Of a stretch of 64,000 nt of DNA, positions 41,024 to 48,225 are shown piece by piece (within the stretch, counting starts at the first letter, position 1; every line of letters starts with the position of its first letter). This DNA comes from a virus (taxonomy: Duplodnaviria > Caudoviricetes). The DNA lies in IMG/VR virus record IMGVR_UViG_3300014641_000001, positions 1-64,000 of that record; one strand, 5' to 3'. A program made the translations under genes and the position numbers. Under the pieces are notes generated by a model. That model saw only the letters and a program-made list of their open reading frames with translations. It did no database searches and had not been told where the DNA came from.

Positions 41024-41309
41024 ATGATGATGTTCTCCTTTGTATCATATGGAATATTTTACCATCGTCAATACAATAAAACAAGAAACAGATGTTTGTC
41101 GATGAGGATATAAAATCGACATATTTCGACATTTATAATATTGAGTTAGTCATTAAGCTGTATATTAAAATAACATAAGCTGAACCCCTCTTTTATACTA
41201 CAATCTTGCGTCTTACTAGCTTCATTGTTTTCAAAATTTTTATACCTATCTGGAAATTTCTTCCACTCCATGATATAATAATTTTTAAAAGAGATACAGG
41301 AGGGATTGT

Positions 41310-41900
41310 ATGAAAAGGTTGGTTTTAGGGTTGTTATGTATCACTGTATGTTTACAATTAAGTGCTTGTGATAAAAACACGTCGGTCACCACAAGTAAAG
41401 AAAAAGAAACAATAACAGAATCATCAAATTTATCTGAAGATGAACAGAAAGCAGAATTAAATGCGATCTATCAAGAAATTGACGAAGCAAATAAATACTG
41501 TAATGATTTGGCAAAACTATTATATGACTATTGGGACAACCGTGAATATGAAGCGTTTTTTGACCACAGTGTTTTTTTGGAAAGAGATAAAAAATATAAT
41601 ACATACGGGAATTATAATAGTGGTAGTTTTTATGGCGATGCAAAGACCTGCTATGAATATCGTGATAAAATTGAAAAAAATATGGAAGATGCACGTCAAA
41701 GATTGAAAGAATTAGAGGTGTCTGAAAGTGTACAGGGGTATTATGATTCTGTAAAGAAGTTGTATTTGAATGTCGATGCATATCATAGTTTTGCATCTGA
41801 TTTCCCAGAAGGTTATTCAAAAATTACATATTCTCAAACATTTAGTAAACATCAATCAGAATACGACTCTTTAATAAGTGAATTAAAGTTTGAGCAGTAG
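41310..41900 (+). CDS. Lipoprotein (intron 2 cargo)
   Basis: Signal peptide with lipobox 'LSAC'; promoter TGGAAA-17-TATAAT with extended TG; own terminator. Confidence 0.8.
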   Translation: MKRLVLGLLCITVCLQLSACDKNTSVTTSKEKETITESSNLSEDEQKAELNAIYQEIDEANKYCNDLAKLLYDYWDNREYEAFFDHSVFLERDKKYNTYGNYNSGSFYGDAKTCYEYRDKIEKNMEDARQRLKELEVSESVQGYYDSVKKLYLNVDAYHSFASDFPEGYSKITYSQTFSKHQSEYDSLISELKFEQ

Positions 41901-41969
41901 TATATAAAAAGTTTGCTGACAGTATTAGTATATTCTAATAAATTATTTTTAGATATGATCACAAAATTT

Positions 41970-41998
41970 AGAGCCAGTTATTTGACTAGCTCTTTTTT
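41970..41998 (+). terminator. Intrinsic terminator inside intron 2, between convergent genes
   Basis: AGAGCCAGTT/GACTAGCTCT followed by T tract. Confidence 0.7.
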
Positions 41999-42063
41999 GT
42001 ATATAAAAGGGAGCAAAAATGCACTATCATATACGCTACAATTTTTCGATTTACTAATATCAA

Positions 42064-42489
42064 TCAAAACTTACTTCCACAGTTATTACACTTCCAAGTC
42101 TTACCGTTATCTCCCATGCCGAAAATTCCAAATGCAGCTATCTTTGCGACCTTTTTTGTTGCGGATATTTTAGAGAGGTTTGTGCTGCTACATGTGGGGC
42201 ACTTTGGAACATTTTGATGTGTACCTTTTGGAATGTATCCGGCTAAAAGACGAGTATCGCTTCCGGTAGTGGGTAAATCTTCTCTTGTGATTAAATCTGT
42301 GTCGGAAACATTCCCACAACAACATGTAATTAGAATTCCATCTTTTAACTTGCAATAATCTGAATTTACTCTATCAAATTTGTCATCTATTCCCTCTTTT
42401 ACAAATATTGTATTCCCGCATTTTTCGCAGAGTATTTCTATTTCTATTGGTGATCCATTCTCGTTATTAATAGCTTTTTTTAAATACAT
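42064..42489 (-). CDS. Zn-ribbon protein (intron 2 cargo)
   Basis: GGGAGGG SD before ATG 42489; CEKC, 'PKCPTCSSTN..KIS...K.WKCNNCG.KF'. Confidence 0.78.
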   Translation of the reverse strand: MYLKKAINNENGSPIEIEILCEKCGNTIFVKEGIDDKFDRVNSDYCKLKDGILITCCCGNVSDTDLITREDLPTTGSDTRLLAGYIPKGTHQNVPKCPTCSSTNLSKISATKKVAKIAAFGIFGMGDNGKTWKCNNCGSKF

Positions 42490-42518
42490 AGTTCCCTCCC
42501 TATACATATTTTATTATG

Positions 42519-45500
42519 CAACTGCAATCCCTCGGAAAGTCGATTGTGAACTTTAATAGCATTATAGCATCTGGGACAGGAACAAATCAATCTTTTGCGA
42601 AAGTTTTAGAAGGGATTAGCACACAGGAAAAAATCAATTTAGTAACTAGAAGCAGTCTAACCGATGCTCAAAAGATTGGTATTCTTGCAACAGCTGGTTT
42701 AAGTGCAGAGGAATTGAAAGCAGTAGCTTCCACTACTACTCTCTCCACTTCACAGACCACTGCAACAGCAACTACAACTGGATTCGGTACTGCCCTTAAA
42801 GGTCTTTGGGCAACCATGATGGCAAATCCTTTAATTGCAATAGGAATGGCCGTAACAGCTATCTCAACAGCATGGAATATTTATAATCAGTCCATCGAAA
42901 AAACAAGACAAGCTTCGGCCGATGCGGCGGGCGCATTAAACGAAACCACCTCATCAATTAATGATTATGCTGAAAAGTATAAAAAATTACACGATGAACT
43001 TGTCAAGGCAAATACTACCGAAGAACGTCAACATGAAATAAAAAGTGACCTTCTTGCGCTTCAACAAGAATTAAATGATAAGTACGGAGATGAATATGGC
43101 AAATTAAATCTTGTTACAGATGCTTATAATGATCAAACCGATGCAATCCTAGCAAGAAACAAAGCCGCGGCGCAGAATTATCTTCTTGAAAATAGAAAAG
43201 GTATAGCCGATGCTACAAAACAAATGGAACAAGACCGCACTTATACACTTGGTAGCACTGGTAATTTATCAAACGACTATGCAAAAGAAATATATAATAT
43301 AGCGTCAAAATATTCAGACCAGGGCATAAAATTAGAGTCTCTTAAAAATAACGGAGTAGATGCCTATACTATTAAGTTTTATGGAAATGCAGAAAATGCA
43401 GAAAAAGTTATACGTAGCCTCTCCAATGAGATCCAAGATCTTGGGCATAAATACGAAGATAATAATTTCATCAATGGATTCTTAGATAACTCAACAAATG
43501 CACTTAAAGAGAATCAAAAAACATTAGATAAATATGATGAAATATATAACTCTGCATTGATGTCTCAAATTGCAACTGACAATGAATTGTCGGGAGGTTA
43601 CGAGAAGGCCACAAGTGCCGTTAAAGCATATAACGATGCACTAATTTCTGGTGACGAATCTAAAATATTATCGACAAGAGATGACCTCAATGAAGTTAAA
43701 AATTCCATTGATTTAACAAGCGAAAACTGGAAACGATACGGGAATGTAATGACTGATATTTTCAGCCAGGCAAACACAGGGCTATACGATTTCAGAGATG
43801 CACTCTCTTCAAACAACGATAATATCAAAGACTATGCTAAAAGTCTAAAAGGTTTATCAAAGACAGATGTAATGTCCATGGCAAATGATGGGCAAGATGA
43901 TAACTTTGATAAAATAGTTAAATCTGCTGATAAATATGGATTAAGCGTTAACCAGGTCATCGATGAACTAATCAGATTGAAATACGTTCAAGATGATATC
44001 TTCAAGTCTGGTGAAGCAACATTCACTCCTCTCTCCAAACAAGAAGTAATTTCAAACATCAATTCACTGTCCGAAGGTTTTGAATCCCTTGATAAAATTA
44101 TGAAGAGCATATCCGACAAAGACAATCCATTTGACTATGCTCTGCTTGATGATGGTAAGTTTACGAAGATATTCAGCACCCTAAATGATGGTGGTGAAGC
44201 TTACGCTAACTTCATCGAAAAAGTGTCGTCATCACCCAAAGATATAAAAGCTACTCAAAGTGCATTTAACGATCTGGTAACAACTTGGATTGATAGCTCT
44301 GGTGTATTAGATGGGCTTACCGAAGACAATGCTAACCTTGCTACTGCTATGCTTCAGAATATGGGTGTTGCTAATGCCGAAGAAGTTGTAATGACAAGAC
44401 TTTCCATTGTACAGGAACACCTGGCAGCGCAAAAAGCTTATACGGCAGAAATGAGTGACGCTCTCGCCAATGCTACAGCTAGTGAAATTCCAGGAATCAT
44501 AGAAGAAGCAACTCAAAGTGACATAGCTAAAGTTGCACTGGCTGGTCTGGTATTAGAGAAAGAATTCTTCAATGGAAATGCACTAGATACTAGTGGTGAC
44601 ATTGAGAATATTATCTCTCTTGTTGGAGTAATTGGAACTGCTAATACGGCACTCAAAGCTTTAAATACTTTAAAGGCCGGAGGTAGTGTTGGTGGCAACA
44701 TAGGCGGAAAAGAAGGTTATGAAGCTCTTGTAAGAAATGCAGAAAAGGAAGCCGAAGACGCAATAAAATCTGCTTCCGAATATAAAGGCAAGGGAGCAAA
44801 TATTAATGCATCGTATACAGGTGGTACAAAAACAAATAAACCATCTGGCTCTAAAAAGGATAAAAAAGATTTCTCAGAAGTATTTGACTGGGTAGAAACT
44901 ACAATTAAACGAGTAGACGAAAAGATCCAAGACATCCAGAGTAAAATTTCTGATACATCAAACTGGAAGCCTAAAAACACTCTTACAGATACAGCTATTG
45001 ATGAAATGGCAAATAAAATAACTGCCTTACAGTCTCAGTTAGATACATACCAGAAGAAGGCAGATTCTTACAACCTCTCTCCCACTTACATAGACAAAAT
45101 CAAAAATGGCACTCTTGAAATTGAAACTGTTACTGATGAAGTAATTGCAAACAATATCAAAGGTTATCAAGAATGGTATAACAAAGCTGAAGATGTTCGC
45201 AAGAAGATAGATGAAACAAAAAAGACTTTGAAAGAACTTGCTCAGACCAAACTTGAAAATATTATCAATGATTTTGATAGTCTTGTTTCGTTAATGGATA
45301 AGTACGCTTCATATAGTAATAATCTTTTAAATCTACAAAAGGAATTGGGCGAATCTATTACCAATACAGATTATGAACGGTTAATTAATCAACAGGAAGC
45401 AATTTATAAGCAGTTGCATAGTAAGTATAATTCGCTATCCAATGAATTATCTAAAGCGGTAAGTAAAGGAACAATTGAGGTGGGTTCAAATGAATGGCGT

Positions 45501-47333
45501 AAATACAACGAGGAATTAATTGCTGTAAATTCCTCTATGAATGATGCTGTTTCTTCAATGAACGATTTCAGAAAAGCACTAATCAACTTGCCATTTGAGG
45601 AGCTAGAGAGGATTTCTAGTGCACTCGATGGAATTAACAATGGAATCAACACCATGTCTGATCTAATTGGCGACGATGGACTTTTAGACGGAGGAATGCT
45701 TACATCTAAGGGTCTTGCTAAAATTGCTCTATTAGGACAACAGTATGCTAATGCTAAACAACAAGCGGCCGATTACGAAGAAGCCATTAATGCTATTAAT
45801 GAGATGTATGAAAATGGTTCTCTCACACAGGCCGAGTATAACGAAAAACTCAATGAATATACCAACGCTCAATTATCAGCAGTAAAAGCTACGAAAGAAG
45901 CCGAACAAGCTATCTTGCAGTTTAGATATAATGCAATCCAGGCACAGATAGATGATATGAATAATTTAATTGCTGCCAAGAAGAAAGCATTGCAGACTGA
46001 AAAGGACTATCAGGATTATCTTGAAAGTATTAGCGAGAAACAGACTGACATTAATAATTTACAGGCAAAGATTGATGAACTGTCACTGTCTACCGATAGG
46101 AAAGATATTGCACAGAGATTACAGTTAGAACAGCAGCTATCAGATGCAAAGAAAGATTTGGCTAAGACACAAGCTGACTATGCTTATGATAAAACTATTG
46201 AAAGCCTAGATAAGCAGGAAGAGGACTATCAGGACGCAAAGAAAAAAGAGCTTGATGAACTTAAGTCAAATACTGATGCACAGAAGAAGGTAATAGAAGA
46301 ATATCTCGGACAGGTAAAAGATAACTACAAAACAGTCTACAATACCCTGACTAAGTATGGAACCGATTATAATGTTACCATGACTAGCGAACTAACTTCT
46401 CCATGGGAGTCAGCTAATAGCGCCGTGTCTACATTTAAAGACGCTGTGTCAGAAGCTATCTCACAGATTAATATTGACATTGCTAATATTGATTTGTCAA
46501 AGCTTACAGAATTAGTGAGTACAATGCAAGGATTCTCCGCAGGTGGAAATAATTCGGCTTCATTTGAGGATATTACCGGTTCCGGAACGTGGCAAAAGAA
46601 CTCTAGGGGCTGGTGGTACGGAGCTTCTAATGATGATTACGCTTCTGATGGAATCTACACCATTGGAGGTAAGCAGTATAGCTTCAACGAAGATGGCTAT
46701 ATGAAAACTGGTTGGGACGATAGCAATGGTGATTGGCGGTATTTTGAGCCTGAGAATGGTCAGATGGTTAAATCTGCATGGAGAAAGTCTAAAGATGGTA
46801 AAGACTACTATCTGAAATCTGATGGTACTATGGCTACAGACATGGCTATCAAAGCGAAAGACGGCAACGGGTATTATTATATTGATGACAGTGGTGTATG
46901 GGACGGAAAAACAATATCCTATGATGATGTGAAAAAGAGAAATATCACTGTTGGATATAAAAGTGGCACTACTAATTCTAAGCCAGGATTAAAATATGTT
47001 AACGAAGATGGGCCAGAATTGATTGTTGCTAAAAATGGTACTGTTCTCAATTCAGTAGGTGGCGATACCATCTTTACAAAGAATATGACTGATAAGCTAT
47101 GGGATTTTGCTATTGATCCAAGTAAGTTTGTGTTGGCTAATATGCCGAAGTATGATTATAGGGCAATGGCTATGGCTAATCGAAACAACGTTTCTATGAA
47201 TATCGATAGCCCACTACTTGTAGTACAGGGTAACGCAGATAAAGAAGTATTAACTCAAATGAATGAAAGACTAGATACTTTCATTAACAAGGAAATACCT
47301 CAGAAAATGATGGAAATGTCAAAACAACATTAA
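42519..47333 (+). CDS. Tape measure protein, exon 3, with C-terminal cell-wall-binding repeats
   Basis: Long coiled coil; 'ANPLIAIG'; 'VNEDGPEL'; no SD before ATG 42516. Confidence 0.88.
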   Translation, partial: QLQSLGKSIVNFNSIIASGTGTNQSFAKVLEGISTQEKINLVTRSSLTDAQKIGILATAGLSAEELKAVASTTTLSTSQTTATATTTGFGTALKGLWATMMANPLIAIGMAVTAISTAWNIYNQSIEKTRQASADAAGALNETTSSINDYAEKYKKLHDELVKANTTEERQHEIKSDLLALQQELNDKYGDEYGKLNLVTDAYNDQTDAILARNKAAAQNYLLENRKGIADATKQMEQDRTYTLGSTGNLSNDYAKEIYNIASKYSDQGIKLESLKNNGVDAYTIKFYGNAENAEKVIRSLSNEIQDLGHKYEDNNFINGFLDNSTNALKENQKTLDKYDEIYNSALMSQIATDNELSGGYEKATSAVKAYNDALISGDESKILSTRDDLNEVKNSIDLTSENWKRYGNVMTDIFSQANTGLYDFRDALSSNNDNIKDYAKSLKGLSKTDVMSMANDGQDDNFDKIVKSADKYGLSVNQVIDELIRLKYVQDDIFKSGEATFTPLSKQEVISNINSLSEGFESLDKIMKSISDKDNPFDYALLDDGKFTKIFSTLNDGGEAYANFIEKVSSSPKDIKATQSAFNDLVTTWIDSSGVLDGLTEDNANLATAMLQNMGVANAEEVVMTRLSIVQEHLAAQKAYTAEMSDALANATASEIPGIIEEATQSDIAKVALAGLVLEKEFFNGNALDTSGDIENIISLVGVIGTANTALKALNTLKAGGSVGGNIGGKEGYEALVRNAEKEAEDAIKSASEYKGKGANINASYTGGTKTNKPSGSKKDKKDFSEVFDWVETTIKRVDEKIQDIQSKISDTSNWKPKNTLTDTAIDEMANKITALQSQLDTYQKKADSYNLSPTYIDKIKNGTLEIETVTDEVIANNIKGYQEWYNKAEDVRKKIDETKKTLKELAQTKLENIINDFDSLVSLMDKYASYSNNLLNLQKELGESITNTDYERLINQQEAIYKQLHSKYNSLSNELSKAVSKGTIEVGSNEWRKYNEELIAVNSSMNDAVSSMNDFRKALINLPFEELERISSALDGINNGINTMSDLIGDDGLLDGGMLTSKGLAKIALLGQQYANAKQQAADYEEAINAINEMYENGSLTQAEYNEKLNEYTNAQLSAVKATKEAEQAILQFRYNAIQAQIDDMNNLIAAKKKALQTEKDYQDYLESISEKQTDINNLQAKIDELSLSTDRKDIAQRLQLEQQLSDAKKDLAKTQADYAYDKTIESLDKQEEDYQDAKKKELDELKSNTDAQKKVIEEYLGQVKDNYKTVYNTLTKYGTDYNVTMTSELTSPWESANSAVSTFKDAVSEAISQINIDIANIDLSKLTELVSTMQGFSAGGNNSASFEDITGSGTWQKNSRGWWYGASNDDYASDGIYTIGGKQYSFNEDGYMKTGWDDSNGDWRYFEPENGQMVKSAWRKSKDGKDYYLKSDGTMATDMAIKAKDGNGYYYIDDSGVWDGKTISYDDVKKRNITVGYKSGTTNSKPGLKYVNEDGPELIVAKNGTVLNSVGGDTIFTKNMTDKLWDFAIDPSKFVLANMPKYDYRAMAMANRNNVSMNIDSPLLVVQGNADKEVLTQMNERLDTFINKEIPQKMMEMSKQH

Positions 47334-47337
47334 ATGT

Positions 47338-47365
47338 AGAGAGCATCTTAACTGATGCTCTCTTT
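47338..47365 (+). terminator. Intrinsic terminator
   Basis: AGAGAGCATC/GATGCTCTCT followed by TTT. Confidence 0.7.
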
Positions 47366-47436
47366 ATTAAATTGAACACAAAGTTTATACTGTGGCTTCT
47401 TATATAAAAAAAATCAAATTGGAAGGAGGTTTTAAA

Positions 47437-48225
47437 TTGCATAGTCTATTTACATTCGGCGAAAACAGCAGCGATGAATTTGGAGTAATTGCAGTATATT
47501 TCGAAAATAATAAATATCAAGGATTATACAGTGGTCAGTCTACAGAATTAATAACCGATAAATCTGCACAATCTTTAGAATGGGAAATCATATCGCAGAA
47601 TTATGATAAGCCAATGGAATTTATATTTCAAATCATTAATTCAGATGGGTCTCCTATAAGTCAGGAGCAGCAACGTGCAATATCTAAATGGCTATGTAAG
47701 CGTGGTGAATATAACTGGCTATTCATTCAAGACGAATACTATTCTGATATATGGTTGCATTGCAATATCAATCATCCGCAAGTATGGGCAGTAAATGATA
47801 CAGTGGGCATGCAATTTACTGTAACTACCTCTTCTGCTTTAGCCTTTTCGGAGGAACATGAATACTACTTCTCTCTCACTGACAACAATAAAATAATTGA
47901 TGACCTATATATAGTCAACGACGAGGAGATTCATATATTTCCATATATAGAAATTACTATGTTGAAATCCGGCAATCTTGAAATAAGCAACAGTCAAGAA
48001 ATCGATTCAGAGTATGTTATGAAAATAAAGAATGTAAGCATTGGTGAAAAAATCGTATTAACTACAGACGGTATAATCTCGTCTTCTATCACAAGTCACG
48101 ATGTATTGAATGATTCTAATTTAAAGTGGCTTAAATTTTATGAAGGCAGCACTGTACTTACTTTTAATCTTGCTTGTGAAGGAGTGATTAAATATAGAGA
48201 ATATCGAAAGTTGGTGGCATTTTAA
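47437..48225 (+). CDS. Distal tail protein (Dit-like)
   Basis: Follows TMP; 'FTFGENSSDEFG', 'AISKWL'; AGGAGG SD before TTG. Confidence 0.7.
   Translation: MHSLFTFGENSSDEFGVIAVYFENNKYQGLYSGQSTELITDKSAQSLEWEIISQNYDKPMEFIFQIINSDGSPISQEQQRAISKWLCKRGEYNWLFIQDEYYSDIWLHCNINHPQVWAVNDTVGMQFTVTTSSALAFSEEHEYYFSLTDNNKIIDDLYIVNDEEIHIFPYIEITMLKSGNLEISNSQEIDSEYVMKIKNVSIGEKIVLTTDGIISSSITSHDVLNDSNLKWLKFYEGSTVLTFNLACEGVIKYREYRKLVAF

Larger units (their letters stand above)
39435..42518 (+). mobile_element. Group I intron 2 with multi-gene cargo; core at about 39435-40000
   Basis: P3 GAGGA/TCCTC, P4 TGCTT/AAGCA, R GTTCAGAGAGCA, S AACGCATGTTCC (covarying P7), P8 hairpin; IGS AGTTGGCC pairs with GGT|CAACT; omega-G 42518. 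Confidence 0.72.

Noticed and set aside
42516-42518. ATG as an independent start of the 1605 aa ORF
   Set aside because: No SD upstream, and its G fits as omega-G with 5-bp P10 support; not fully excluded
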